DNA of 64,000 nucleotides from Octopus sinensis (GCF_006345805.1 NC_043006.1:2728001-2792000); one strand, 5' to 3'. Numbered from the stretch's first letter, positions 23,199 through 38,865 are shown. Notes: generated from the letters alone by a model not told the origin. Numbers and translations: made by a program.

Positions 23199-24021
23199 AA
23201 TTGTACAGCATGGTTTTTAGAATATAGATATATTGTCATAAGAGGTGACTAAAAAGGCTAGTATCAAGAAAGGCGTCTGGTTGCAAAACACTGCCTCAAA
23301 AGTTCCTTTTAAACCGGTGCCAACAAGGAAAAGTAGATGTAAAAATGGTAATGATGATGACAGTGGCAGCATTTGTGGCGATGTCAGTGGTGTTATATCA
23401 CCATCTACCTTCAATGCACGGAGTTAAAGAGTTTGAGTGCATCGTGCTCCAGTGTGTGGTTTGGCACTCTTCCTAGTGCCGACCATTTTACAGAGTGTAC
23501 TGGATGCTTTTTTTTTGTAGCGCCAGCACTAGTGACATTGCCTTGCACCTTACAAGGTCATGAAGGGTTAAGGGCAAGCAACATCATCAGGACCTTTTTA
23601 ACACCCACTTTTCCATGTAAGCTTGCAGTTGTTTGGTGGAAGTGTAATTTTTAAAAAAATTTCTATAATTCCCAGTTGTTGAGCAACTGACCTTCTCAAG
23701 GCCAGCAGTCTGCTAACATTGAAGCCCTTCTTTCCTTTTCACATTAGTGAAACTGTTCACTTTGGTGATAGGTTAAATATTGTCATCTGAATTAATAGCC
23801 CCATATCCCTACATGAGACCTTGGGTGTCTTTAGCAAAGTCCACCCTGTTTCAAGCATCCAGGACAGATTTTCAGTTTAAGGATACCTTTCTCCATCCCT
23901 TTTGTGGATTTTGGAGACCCTGTAAAGGATCATATGCCTGACCCTCTCTTTCTGACTAAAAATCCCTCACTTGTGTAAGGACGTATCTAAATTTTTCCGA
24001 ATAAATACTGGCAGAGCAAAA

Positions 24022-24470
24022 GATGTGATTTAGAAGCTCACTTTGCTGTCATGTGATTTTGGTTTCAGCCCTAAAATGCTGCACCTTGGGCAAATGTCTT
24101 CTCCTATAGCCCTGGGCTGTTCAATGCCTTGTGAGTTAATTTGGTTGATGGAAACTGTGCAGAGATCCATCATGTGTGCGTGTGTATGTGCATGTGTGTG
24201 TATATGTGTGTGTGTGTGTGTATGCGTATGTGTGTATATGCGTGTGTGTCAGTGTTTGTCCCCCCATCTCCCTTCACTTGATGATTGATGTTGGGCTTCT
24301 TACATCCCCATAACTTAATAGTTCGGCAAAAGCGACTGGTAGAATAAGTACCAGACTTAAAGAATAAGTGCTGAAGGTTGATTTGTTTGTCTCAAAAACC
24401 TTTCAAGTTCAAGGCAGTGCCCTCAGCACAGCGCTACAGTCCAGTGATCAAAAACAATTAGAAGATAAAT
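24022..24470 (+). mobile_element. tRNA-derived SINE family B (head, TG microsatellite, conserved tail), diverged copy
   Basis: CACCTTGGGCAAATGTCTTCTCCTATAGCC...GCCTTGTGAG...GGAAACTG, then (TG)n, then TAACTTAATAGTTCGGCAAAAGCGACTGGTAGAATAAGTAC. Same layout as 41226-41647 and 43047-43430. Confidence 0.75.
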
Positions 24471-24969
24471 CACTTTTTAGTGTGAAACATAACACAGCAA
24501 AATAAGTAAATAAATAAATTGAAATACCAGCACAAAAGCTTAACCTTGCACTTTTTTCGACGACACTGACTCTCAGTGACTCTCGGTGACTGACGTCACT
24601 AATTTGTATTTTAAAAAGTCAGTAATGGAAAGAATGCTGAACATTTTTTCTTCTATATACAAAATTCCAAAATCTAATTTTAGATTTAATTTCATTTCAG
24701 TCTTGCAGGACTTAGGTTGTTTTTTTTGTGTTCCCTACTTAAGTCTAAAAGTACTTATGTATATGAATAAATAGTGATCTTAATTATGTGTTCTTAAAAA
24801 GCTGTTTCTTTTTTTTGGGGGTGTTTTTTTTTAATGAATGCTAATTAATTGAACAAAAATGAATGCATAAATTCTGAAAGATCCTTATTAATTGCCAAAG
24901 GGAGCTTACAGTTTTGTTGGTTTTATTTTCTATATTCACATCACAGCTTTTTATTTATTTATTTATTTA

Positions 24970-26782
<1,813 letters not shown>

Positions 26783-26783
<1 letters not shown>

Positions 26784-27545
26784 TATGTTTGACTTTTGCT
26801 TTATATTTGTACAAGTTGGCTCCAAGTCTCACCCAGAGACCTCAAGAGACAACAGGGTTGGAAGTTCATGTTGTTGTTATGCCTAGTGTGCCATATATTT
26901 GGGGGGTGGGGATGTTGTACTAATGAATGTCTAAAAAAAAAAAAAAGTTTTTTATTTTTATTTTTAAAAAATTTTTTTTTTTTAAACCGAAAATTATGGT
27001 TGTTTTAAACCTTGAGGTTACATAGAGAGTATTTTGCGTAGGATATGAGCAGTTCCCATGAGCACTATCTTTTGAACTTCTGCCATTTTGGGGTTTCCTG
27101 GTATCTGAGTTAGGTAGCTATCAGCCCCTTTTGCTATCATTCCCAGGGCACCTATGACAACAGGTATTGTTTTAGTCTTCAGCTTCCACATTTTGCTGAT
27201 TTCTATTTCAAGATCTTTATATTTGCTCAGTTTTTGGTAGGTCCTGACAGATACGTTTATATCGATTGGGACAGTCATATCAATGAGGAGGCATGTTCTT
27301 TGTTTGAAGTCTTTCAATATGATGTCTGGCCTATTTGCATCTATCTTCCTGTCAGTTTGAATGGTGAAGTTCCAGAGGAGTGAGATGTGGTCATTTTCAA
27401 GCACTGGGGGTGGTTTGTGTTCCCACCAGTTTTTTTCATGGGGCAAATCCAGGTTTTTACAGATTACCCAGTGAATATATTGTGCAGCTCTATCGTGCCT
27501 GTTGAGATACTCTGTAGGCGCTAGAAGACTGCACTTGGAGACCAC
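26783..27545 (-). mobile_element. R4/Dong-type site-specific non-LTR retrotransposon, 5'-truncated (restriction-like endonuclease domain plus 3' UTR), inserted in (TAA)n
   Basis: The uninterrupted 175-aa frame 27018-27545 has the end of the CCHC knuckle (VSKC...YLNRHD) and the PD-(D/E)xK-type motif RPDIILKD...LIDMTVP...KLSKYKDL...PVVIGALG. A 3' UTR of about 235 nt follows. Both junctions run directly into TAA repeats. Confidence 0.88.
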
Positions 27546-27579
27546 ATTATTATTATTATTATTATCATTATTATTATTA

Positions 27580-27646
<67 letters not shown>

Positions 27647-27678
27647 CATTATTATTATTATTATTATGATTATTATTA

Positions 27679-27769
<91 letters not shown>

Positions 27770-27852
27770 CATTATTATTATTATTATTTTATTATTATTA
27801 TTATTATTATTATTATATCATTATTATTATTATTATTATTATTATATTATTA

Positions 27853-27902
<50 letters not shown>

Positions 27903-27932
27903 TTATTATTGTTATTATTATTATCATTATTA
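27546..27932. repeat. (ATT)n/(TAA)n array, 5' flank of the Dong-like element
   Basis: Visible directly. Confidence 0.97.
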
Positions 27933-28304
27933 TTTAAATGGTTTGTATTTTTGCTCTGGAAGTGAAATTTCTGCTGGAACAAATTGATGTGATACGCTCA
28001 GTGTTGACTAGATTAAAATATCAATTACCTGAAAGCGTAATTAGATATGTTATTGAGGTCCATAGAATGGTGGAGATGGTAGAGCTTATGGTTGAATGCC
28101 TCTGGGTATTTAGTCTCATCAGTCAGTATTCTGTGTTCAAATCATAGTTGAGTAGATTTTTTTTGTCTTTCGCCTCCCTGTGGTTGGTAAAATATGTACT
28201 AAAAAACACTTGTAGATTTGACTTAGAATATATTACTGAAGTAGAAGTGTTAGTTTTATTGCAAATGCATTACCTTTTTTACCTCTTTTTTTTTTTTTAC
28301 TTCT

Positions 28305-28700
28305 GCGGTCATCCTGGGGCACACACTTGAAGAATTTTTAGTCAAGTAAATCAAGCCCAGTACTTATATATTTTTTAAAGCCTGATACTTATTCTATTGG
28401 TCTCATTTGCTGAACTAATAAGTTACAAGGATGTAAACACACCAACACCAGCTGTCAAGCTATGGTGAGAGACAAACAGACACAAAGGCATACACACATA
28501 TATAGAAAGACACACACACACACATATATAAAGAAACCCATAGATGGGTTTCTTTCAGTTTCCATCTTCCAGATCCACTCATAAGGCTTTAGTTAGCCCA
28601 AGGCTATACTAGAAGTCACTTGCCCTAGGCACCATGCAGTGGGACTGAACTCAGAACCATGTAGCTGGGAAGCTAACTTCTTACCACACAGCCACACCTA
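28305..28700 (-). mobile_element. SINE family B
   Basis: Reverse-complement copy: ...GATACTTATTCTATTGGTCTC...TTTCAGTTTCC...GGGACTGAAC...CTTACCACACAGCCAC. Confidence 0.8.
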
Positions 28701-29130
28701 CTAAAATTTATGAAGTATCTAGATTTAGTGATCTATAATCTTTGTTTAACATTCAGTTTGAGCATCTGTTAGTCTGCATTTGACCGATATTCTTGGACAA
28801 GATTGAATGTGATGTTCTCAGAAGTAGTGGACAAAGTGTGTTGGGGGTGAGACGATCTGGAGGATGGGAGAAAGACGGGGGTACCTCTTGGCTTTTGATT
28901 GACATCAATAGATGGTTGGTTCCGAGGAGTAGAGGGTGTTGTAGTAGCAAAAAGAATAAGGAGAATTATGAAACAGTGGATCTGTGATAAAGGCTGAAGT
29001 GAGTTGGTGATCAAGACTTAGAACTGGATGGCTTTTATTTGGATGCAGCTGGGATGTGTGTGTAGAGAGAATCTTGGATGTGGAAAGAGTATTTCACACA
29101 CACACATGCGTGTGCACAAATATATATATT

Positions 29131-29345
29131 GGCACAGGCATGACTGTGTGGTTAAGAGGTTTGCTTCCCAGCCACACATGGTTTCAGGTTCAGTCCTACT
29201 GTGTGGCAGCTTGGGAAAGTGTTTTCTTTTACAGTCCCGGGTCAACCAAAGCCTTGTAAGTGGATTTGGTTGACGGAAACTGAGAGAAGCCTGTCATATA
29301 CATATGTGTGTATATATATGTGCATGTGTGTGAGTTTAAGTGTGT
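29131..29345 (+). mobile_element. SINE family B head
   Basis: GGCATGACTGTGTGGTTAAGAGG...GGTTCAGTCC...CAAAGCCTTGTAAGTGGATTTGG...GGAAACTGAGAGAAGCC. Confidence 0.8.
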
Positions 29346-30627
29346 GTATGTTTGTGTCTTTTGTCTTTACATCTGGCAGAGGGCTAACCCAGGCTAGCAT
29401 GATGTGCACATACACACGCACACACACACACACACACACACACGCATGCACACACACACACACGCACGCGCACACACACACACACACGCACGCACACACA
29501 CACGTGTCTGGTGTCTTTTGCTATGCCAGCACTGGTTCTTATGCTTATTTGCTGAAGCAATTGTTTTCAAAGCTGAATGCTCCTCTTTCTAATGTTGAAC
29601 CACTTATTTGTGAAGTAGTACAACCTGTTTTTGTTTTAGTAAAGCAAACTGTAGCATGCAGGGTTATGAGACAAGCTGGAGATGGGTCGGCCGGCAGGGG
29701 TGGTGGCTGGTGTGGCAAGAGAAGAGCTATAGCTATAAGTTTTGAACTCATGAGCATGTGGTCTGTAATCCAGTAACTCACTCTTGTCATCCGTCCGCCT
29801 CTGCAGCCATTAACTACAAACAATAGTAATGCAACACCTGTTGAATAAGTATTTAGAAAATATCTGTATGAGTAACAGGATTATTAACACATGCTGAACA
29901 AAAGGACACAGAAAACATAAGGCTTAACAACTTAATCATTTACATATATTAAATGGAGAGGGATGGCATTTTACATAGAAATTAACTCACGCACACATAC
30001 ACAAGTATGCATGCACACACACGCACACACGCACACACACCACACCAAATACTGTACAAATACAATTAATGCTTTTGTTAACTATCATAGAATGTCACAA
30101 CACTCTGATTCATATCAGTAGAAGCCAATAGCGAAATGAAGACAACAAGCTCTTAGACACGATTAAGGGCTCTGGCTATTAAGGAATGTCCTTATTTCAT
30201 CACTATAACAATTCTTTCTCAGCAGAGCATCTCTGAATGAAATGTTGAAAACTATTCAAATGTGAGAAAGGTCTACTTCGTGTAGAGGCTAAACCTATGT
30301 GAAGAAATGAAAACAGTAACAAGAGCTGGAATAATTGGAGCATTATGAATTGTTGGGTATATAAGATAGAGAAAACATAAAGCAAGATACCAGATTATAT
30401 AATATATCATTGACCTCATCCAGTAATTGATGCAGACTATCTTTGGGTGCTGTTCTCTATTCTCTGGCAGTCATCATTTATCATTACCCTTTACATATTG
30501 TCTCTGAACTTCTGTCCTTTAACTGCAGAAGGGCTTGGGGTTTGAGATCTATCCAGTCCTTCATGTTGTCAAATCAGGATTTTCTTTTCTTATCTCTTTT
30601 TCATCTTACTGTAACCATTACCCCCAG

Positions 30628-30699
30628 ACAACAATGTTGGACAGGAAGTCATGCCAGGCCACATGTCCATACTAGGCAGACTTTCATCATTTCCCTGTG
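30628..30699 (+). CDS. Candidate internal exon (72 nt)
   Basis: Long pyrimidine tract ending in cccccAG and donor TGTG|GTAAGA. The phase 1-1 frame reads xNNVGQEVMPGHMSILGRLSSFPC; a phase 2-2 frame is also open. Confidence 0.3.
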
Positions 30700-31173
30700 G
30701 TAAGAACTACTTCTTGCTTGCCAACATATTTGCTAACTTTCTGCCCAACAGTGGCATTATTTGTCTTGTGCCCTGTGTATGTAAATGTAGCAGCCTTCTG
30801 ATGCACTTCTGCTCAAATGCCTGGAGTCTGTTTCATATCTGATGTAGAGTTCTTCTAAAAGAATGACACAGAAAGCAAATCAGAATTTTGCATTTTCTTG
30901 TGAAGAATTCAATCCATCCTTTTGGCTCCTTCTTTGTTTTTTCTTTTGACGTTTTCCCATCAATACCTCGATGAGTGTTGGTCTTCCATGTTTCAGGAGC
31001 TCCGTTGGGATGTTGTTCTTCACTCATGAGGATTTCCCTCTTTTGAGCATACATACCAACTCTTTGATAATTGAACTGGGTCTTAAGTTTGTTTTCTCTC
31101 TGTCACTGCTTTGAACATCTTCTCACAATTTTGTTCCAGCCTGGTGACCAAATTGTGATACAAGCAAATAATA

Positions 31174-31364
31174 TTGATTTCAAATTTTGGCACAATGCCA
31201 GCAATTTCAAGGGAGGAGGTTAAGTTGATTACATTGGCCCCAGTGCTCAACTGATACTTATTTTGTCGACCCCCTGTAAAAATTTGAACTTGGGATGTAA
31301 AGACGGATGAAATGCCACTGAGCATCTCACCCTGTATCCTAACAATTCTGCCAGCTTGCCACCT
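31174..31364 (-). mobile_element. SINE family A with an internal deletion
   Basis: The reverse complement starts GGTGGCAAGCTGGCAGAATTGTTAG and ends GGCATTGTGCCAAAATTTGAAATC. Confidence 0.7.
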
Positions 31365-31623
31365 TATCAGTAAATGATATTGACTAATTTCTGATAAAGG
31401 AAGCTTCACTTCCTAATCAGATCAGAGTTACCTCTCTTGATATTTGTTGCTGAAGAGAACTAACAAATTTAAATTGCATTTAACAGTCTGACAGAGGGCA
31501 TCCTGCACTGACTATAGCATTCTAACCCCTTTTTTGCCTTAAGTATGAATTTTTATTCATGACAAACTGCAGTGAAAAGCCTTTACAGGTTTTAAATATC
31601 TCTCCAATAAATTTGAACTGGTT

Positions 31624-31838
31624 TTAACCCTTTCACTACCAACCCTAGCTCTGTAGTACAAATGTCTTGTTTTCATAGGTTTTGAATTAAAATCTTCCAC
31701 CAGACCTTAGTCACAATTTGTGTTCCTAACACTAGCTTAATGATAACGAAGTTATTTTACTAAATTCTTTGTTATATTTAAAATTAATTGAAAGAAACAG
31801 AGAGCATCTCAAAATAAATTCAGTAACGAAAGGGTTAA
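31624..31838. mobile_element. piggyBac-type MITE (TTAA target duplication, CCC...GGG ends)
   Basis: TTAA|CCCTTTCACTAC at the left end and GTAACGAAAGGG|TTAA at the right end. Confidence 0.75.
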
Positions 31839-33842
31839 GGTTGTTTATTCTTAGTCACTCATGATGGAATACGATGTGCTGTTGTGGACAATGAGCATAG
31901 AACATGAAGCAAGAACTGAAGCAAGAGCGGCAGAGATGATACGGGGTGGAAAGGGCACAAAAGTAGAATAAGAATTAGGAAGAAAGAGAGGAAACTCAGA
32001 AATGAAGAGAAGTCTTGACTCAGGAGGACCGGAAAATGATGAATAAAAAAGCTGAAACAAACAGCGAAAGAAGGAGAATTATTAATGAAGAAAGAAGGTA
32101 AAATATAAATGATTATTGGTAGGCAAGAATATTTTGCACAAGCCAGAATGAGGAAATGGCTAGATGAGGAAACAGGACAAAAGAGAACGGACTAGATTTC
32201 CGAGAAATTAATCAGAAGATAATGATGAAATAACAGGATGTTATTAGCAAATGGGGAGAGCTTTATGGCTGACACTATACCAGAAAATGGGCCATGGAAT
32301 TTTCACAGATACTGCTAGTATTAATGGCTATGTTTATGTAATGTCCTTTATAAATGCTATGAGATAACACCTTCTATGCATGCTTGTCCATCTTTTGTCC
32401 CTTTATGTATACACTCTCTCTCTTTCTCTCTCTCACACACATATGCATGTGTGTGTGCATGCATGTATGTATGCATGCAGCACACACACACACACCTTTA
32501 ATTTATTATTTTAGCCATCTTGGAGATTCTGCTATGCCATCTTCATTTCTGGTTGTTCTATGGTTTTTGTGTTGCCATGGCTGTCTCTCCTGCGAATCAA
32601 TTAAAGTTCTACATTTTCCTATGCTTAGTATTGCTAATTATGGGATGAACGAAGCCCCCTCTACTCTGATTATAACCATTTCCACGTGGTTAGTCTGCCT
32701 TACTACAAAAGCATGCATCTAAGGATTCTTTAAAATTCCAAGAACAAATCTTCTATATGGAAGGCAATTATAAAATTATGTGAATGTTTGTGTGTGTCTC
32801 TGTGTTCAGCCAGCATTCTTAGTGACTTCAGTTTACACAACCCCTGTCGGTCTCCTCTCTGTCCCTTTTTTTTTTACCCATCAATGCTGCTGGCAGTACA
32901 GAGGCTGAATTATTTGCTGTTCTCAACTGTTAGTATCCACTCCAAACTGTATCTGAGACACACTCAACAGATACCTATCGTCTGTTTCTCCCTAAACCCA
33001 ACTTCTAACCCACCTATCTTCAGATCTCTGTATCTATTAGGCGATCCAATAAATGCCCAATAAAAGCAATCACAAATTTCCTGCTACGTAACAAGTAAGC
33101 TCCTGAAGCTTTGTCAATTCTCTAGGCTGACCATCCCTCGCTGTAAATAACTTTGCAAATGACCGGTTGCTCTAATAACAAAAGCAATGATAGTAGTAAT
33201 GACAAAGTGTGTGTCATACATGCAGAAGATACAGTGTTGAAAGCTTAATCAACTGTGGCATTCATCTCAAAAGAAACATCTCTTATTGTTGTATAGTATT
33301 AAAATATACTGAAATATATGAGTTGCAGATGAAAATTGTCCAGTAGGTGGCGTTACTAAATACTAAATGTGCATTTCTGTCTCTTTGAGCTTCATCAATA
33401 ACATGTATCCACAATGGGGACAAAACCCAAATGCAACACTGATGCTGATATATTTCTATCTGTTGCTGATATATTTCGGTGTTTCTTATACTTTATGTGT
33501 ATAAGAGATGCTATTTCAAGATGAAAACTGCAGGCAATTAGGTTTGCAATGATATATCTGCTTTAAGTATGACACGCAGATTGCTATTTTAAACTAACAC
33601 TGCTCCTGTCATATATAACAAATTGAAATAATGATTTCTTTAAGGATTTTCACAGAATCAGATATTTGTGGAAAAGGATACTATTGAATTTACTCCTGAA
33701 TATTACAGGTACATATTTTATCTGAGTAAATGGGAGACAAAGTTGCATCAGATCTGAAACAAATTCTCAGCTTTTAGCCCAGTGCCCATCAACTGTTTCT
33801 AATACCTCACCTCCTTATAAGGATGATGATGATGATAATATG

Positions 33843-34047
33843 GTGCCACGTTAAAAGCAATGGTGCTGGTGCCACAGAAAAATTTACCTAGTACACACTG
33901 TAGAGTGGTTGGCATTAGGAAGGGCATCCAACCACGGAAACCATGCCAGAACACACAATGGAGTGTCTGGTGTGGGCTCTGGTCAAACTCTCCAACCCAT
34001 GCCAGCATGGAGAATGGACGGTAAACGTTGATGATGATGATGATGAT
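33843..34047 (+). mobile_element. RTE 3' tail-only insertion
   Basis: GAGTGGTTGGCATTAGGAAGGGCATCC...CCAACCCATGCCAGCATGGAGAATGGACG...(GAT)n. Confidence 0.75.
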
Positions 34048-34505
34048 ATATGACAATGTTAACGATAATGGCAATAACGACAACCACAGTGATGATAATA
34101 GCTGCAAATTGGGGGGAGGAAGAACGTTAGTGTGTTGATGTCTATTATCTTGTGTTAGTTGTAATTAGTATTTAATGGGATCAGTGATGTGAAAGATTTG
34201 GTTGTTGTAGTGAAATTGCATGAAGGCATCGGAAGAAAAGAACGAATGTGTAATTCTGTTGAAAGCTGCGTAAACAAAGCCAGGATTAACGATCTTGCTT
34301 CTGTCTTTGCAATTGTTGCTGTTACAGTCTGTTTCACTCGCCTTGTTACGTCTGCTGTGCTCACTTCCAGTTCTTACTGTTCCTGTTGTTGTTGTTGTGG
34401 TGAGGAGTTAAACAGACCAATTTATTCCATGCCATGTATGTGTAATTCCTAAATATATCTGCATGTGTGTGCGTGCATTACGTGTGCATGTGTGTATGTG
34501 TGTGT

Positions 34506-34570
<65 letters not shown>

Positions 34571-36746
34571 ATAGTAATAGTTGTACTGTTGTTGAAAGAG
34601 TGACCCTAACCCTGAGATCTACTTAGTGACTTTCAGAAATTGACTGTTAATAGAATCTGTATGGACCCATTGACCTTCACACCCATCTTAATTTACAGCC
34701 AGCTTGCCAGCATGAGCCGTGACTGTCTGAGCCTTATTTCGCCAGAGATAAACTTAAGTGGCCTTCACTACTTTTGGTTTTATGGATGTGGACACATCCT
34801 TGTTAAGGAAATGCTTAAATATCATTCATTCCTGATATCTTACCATTTCTCCCTTTTATCCTTTTATTTAACCTCTCTCTCTCTCTCTCTCTTCCCTTTG
34901 TATTTGCTTCTAATAAATATACATATATACGCATGTAGACACACATTCTCAGTTATTCACATGTACACATAGACATACACTCCACTGCCTTTTTACTTCA
35001 CATCCTTTAACACACACACACACACACACACACATACACACATACACACACGCACATACAGTTCTGTCTCTTATGTACATGTTTGGCATACTTCACACGC
35101 ATACATAAACAAATAGCTGCTCATTTGAAATGCATTCACATGTACACATTTATTGCTGACATGCATATTATGCATGTATGAATATACAAACACTCCATGT
35201 TATTCTTATACATATTCTGTTTCGTTACTATACACATACAATCCCTTTCTCTCGCACACATCAATTCAGACATTCCCCTTCATATTCACCTAGTTACTAA
35301 CCTACTAATTCAATCATGTATTTTCACACACTGATATCAATTTTTATTTTATTTCATTTAATGGGGCTTTTTTCTGTAGTTCCTGTTTAAAGCTACGGCT
35401 CTTTAGTTACACAAATAAAACGTATTTATCTATATATTTGACATTCTTTACTAGTTTCAAGAATTCTTTTAATCTCCTGATTTGATTATGTTTCCCAGTA
35501 AATCTAAGCTGTTGTGACAATAAAATTTGGTCGGATGCTCATATGACTCATGCAACCCATTATAATACTCCACATCATCTTTCTATTTAGTTACAGTGAA
35601 TTTATTTTCACCTGCAATTGATTGGTCAATGACTCGAGACATCTGCAATGAGCATGACTGTTTGTATTTAAGATAAACTGTAAATAGTCATGAAGCCTCG
35701 TTTGCTAGTGAGGTGGATTGGGGGTGGTGAGATGCGAAGCAGTGCTCTGGAAGTCTTACTAATAAATTTCTCCACTTCTTCTCTTTATTACTGTCTCAGC
35801 CTGTCACAGTGTCCATTCTTCAGTTTTAGTACTGTTGTTAGTGTCTGAAACACAGTTCTTTTCCATACAGCTATTGATTCAGTTGGTCAACTACTTTCTT
35901 TTGTCCAGCAACTTTTGCCATATTTCATTCTTGTTTCTTTCCCCTCACTTACTTTAAATCTTCTTAACATTCTTCATCGCCCAATTCCAAAGAAATGCTT
36001 TCATTATCACTGAGATATTGACTCTAGAGTTCTCGATAAAGGAAGTGCCGTTCTCCACGGAGTTGAGTTCTCACTGAAACCATCAAAGTCATTGATTCTT
36101 TCCTTTGTTTAGTTATTGATCATATTTTATAGACATATTGAAGAGGTCTTGTAATAAATCTGCTTCTTTTCACATTAATAAATTGAAAATTAAAAAGAAG
36201 AAAAAAAAGAAGAAAAGAAAAAAAAACCTTAAATATAAATCATGATCGGTAAGAGCTGATCGGTCACTTATGAAGTATTTTACTTTCTTGAAGTCAAAAT
36301 GTGAATTTTTCTTTTGTAGAATCCTATCAGTGGTGGGATAATGGAACTTATCAATTATGTTGGCATTTCTGGAGTGTCACTTGAATGTTGTATTAGTAAT
36401 GTTGGAGTGAAACTTTAGAATTTTTGGAATTATTTGGGTGATGGATGCTTGGTTGTTTCTTAAGAAACAATCGTTCATGTCTGTTGCTCGGATAGCGGAG
36501 GACTGTAACGGTTGCGATAAGGTCAAAATAAAATCTTATCATTTCAGTCCATGAGAAAAACAAAAAACAAAACAAAAACATAAAGCAAAAACAAAACAAA
36601 CAAAAACTGTTGGATAATATTTAACAATGGTTTTAGTTACATTCTCCACTGGTTTTTAAATCGATGCAACTATGAGAAGCTCTACTGACCAAATAGTGCA
36701 TATAATATGAGACCTCAATTTCAGCATTTAGGAAAATAATGCACCC

Positions 36747-36949
36747 AGGCACAGGCATGGCTGTGTGGTAAGAAGCTTGCTCCCCAACCACATGATGCTG
36801 GGTTCAGTTTCACTGCATGGTACCTGGAGCAAGTGTCTTCTGCTATAGCTTTGGCTGACCAAAGCCTTGTGAGTAGATTTGAGAGATGGAAACTGAAAGA
36901 AGCCCATTGTGTGTGTGTGCATGCACGCACACACGCACACACACACACA
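36747..36949 (+). mobile_element. SINE family B head, ending in a TG/CA microsatellite
   Basis: GGCATGGCTGTGTGGTAAGAAGCTTGC...GGGTTCAG...CAAAGCCTTGTGAG...GGAAACTGAAAGAAGCCC. Confidence 0.8.
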
Positions 36950-38486
36950 CACTGAACCACAAAAGAAACGTTGCACTGTAAAAGATTATTTGTTTCACAC
37001 ACAATATTGAAATTATACAGATTTTATCACATTTCTAGGTAGTTTGACATCAGGAAGATATCACTGACCCACAACACCACGCTCTTTTGAAAGCACAAGG
37101 ATTCCATGTAAGGTTTGAACTCCCTCACTTTTTGTGAACATGGTAATGTTCAGGAATGCCTCTTTATGAAAAGCATGATGCAGGGTCAAAACAGTGACTC
37201 ATTGGGTATAAAAGGCACCCAAATTTACCAACCTGTCATTCTTTTCCCAAACGCAGCAAGCATTCCAAGACTGACATGGAATCAGAGGGAGCAAGCTATC
37301 GGTCATCTCCATGCTGGTCAACGTTCATGGGTCATTGCTAATGACTTGACCTGCAGTAATCAGAATGGCTGAGGGAACGCTACAATGCCATAAACAGCAT
37401 GAATAATTATCCATGCAGTGGCCGACCGAGGGTTACAATGTCACATCAAGATTGCCACCTGCACCAACAGCAGTTGTAGGACTGATTCTGGAAGGCAACG
37501 GAATCAGTTAGGCAGACCATATGGAGTCACCACAGGCCTATTTGTGCAGAGACAGTTTGCTGCTGGCTGAGGGCTTTCAATCTATTTTGTCGACATCTGG
37601 CTAGGGGCCCCATACTCACAGATTGTCATCGATGGGCACACCTGCAGTAGGCTCAAAAATGTCAGAACTGGAAATGTCAGCAGTGGAGGACTGTGGTCTT
37701 CTCTGACGAAAGTCGATATTGCATTTCTGTGGCAGGTGGCAGAGCTAGGGTTTGGAGAAGAAGGGGTGAATGTCATGCCGATGGCTGTGTGGGGGAGAGA
37801 GACTCATGGGGAAGACAGAGCATCATGGTATGGGGCGGGATTGCACTCAACCAGAAACTCAGACTGGTGGTCTTCCAAAACATCAGTCAAGGCCAGTAAC
37901 TGCTGCTTGTGACACCAGCCAAGTGTTGCGGCTTCGTATTGTGCGATACTTTGCCTGTCGTTGTAGTCACGTGTTCCAACACAGCAACACCCAAGCCCAT
38001 ATTGCCAGGTTGACAACAGACATCTGCCAACAGCACAACATCCAGACACTGCTGTGTCCTGCCCTAAGTCCGGATTTGAACCCCATAGAGCACCTGTGGG
38101 ACAAAATCCAAAGAAGGCTAAACGACATCTATCCAAGGCTGACAACTGCAGCACAACTCACTGCAAGTTCTAACAGAGTGTGGGCTGCTGTCCCCATGGA
38201 CTTCATCAGTTGTTTGGTGTATTCAACGCACATAAGATGCCTAGTGGTAATCAAAGCTGATGGTGGTCATATGAGATATTGAATGAATCTCTTTGGATCC
38301 AGGACACTCTGTCGTCATGTGACATCATGTGACATCATGTGACGTCAAACATGTTTCAGGAAATGATGTTTTGTCATTGGGAAAGAACGGTTTCTTAATT
38401 AGCTGTCTTCAATCAGTGCTATGGCAGTCTGTTAATAAACCGGTTTCTATCTAGTATGTGCACAACGTTTCTTTTTTGGTTTAGTA
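36950..38486 (+). mobile_element. Full-length but dead Tc1-family transposon (about 1.54 kb)
   Basis: TIRs CACTGAACCACAAAAGAAACGTTG (36950) and CAACGTTTCTTTTTTGGTTTAGTA followed by TA (ending 38486). Transposase pieces: IPRLTWNQREQAIGHLHAG (about 37262), VFSDESRY...SIMVWGGI (37693-37899) and PALSPDLNPIEHLWD (about 38060). Many stops and frameshifts. Confidence 0.88.
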
Positions 38487-38499
38487 TATATGTGTAACC

Positions 38500-38865
38500 G
38501 TTTACTTGTTTCAGTCTTTGGAGTGTGATCATGCTGGGTTTAGTAGAACAAACCACCTCCTTTACTTATTTGGAAGCCTGGAACTTATTCTATCAGTCTT
38601 TTTTGATGAATTGCTAAATCATGGGAATGTAAACAAACCAACAGCAGTTGTCAAGTGGTGTTGGGTAACAAACACAGACACACAGATACATTCACTTCCT
38701 ATATATATATATATATATATATACATATATATATGACTTCTTTCAGTTTCCCTCTACCAAATCTACTCACAAGGCTTTGGTCAACCTGGGGCTATAGTAG
38801 AAGACACTTGCCCAAGGTGCCACACAGTGCGACTGAACCCCCAAAACCATGTAGTTGGGAAGCAA
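38500..38865 (-). mobile_element. SINE family B
   Basis: Reverse-complement copy with TTTCAGTTTCC, CTCACAAGGCTTTGG, GAAGACACTTGCCCAAGGTGCCAC and GACTGAACCC. Confidence 0.8.

Noticed and set aside
30833-31054. 73-aa minus-strand ORF
   Set aside because: It faintly resembles a decayed RTE C-terminus (GxIxGK...W). It is too weak to call as either a gene or a repeat.
34328-34399. 72-nt AG/GT-bounded segment considered as a coding exon
   Set aside because: It ends in a (GTT)n microsatellite that gives poly-C or poly-V, and more than one frame is open, so there is no coding signal.
35952-36100. Strong minus-strand donor AAA|GTAAGT as a coding exon end
   Set aside because: All three frames hit stops from every plausible acceptor. 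At most it could be a non-coding exon.
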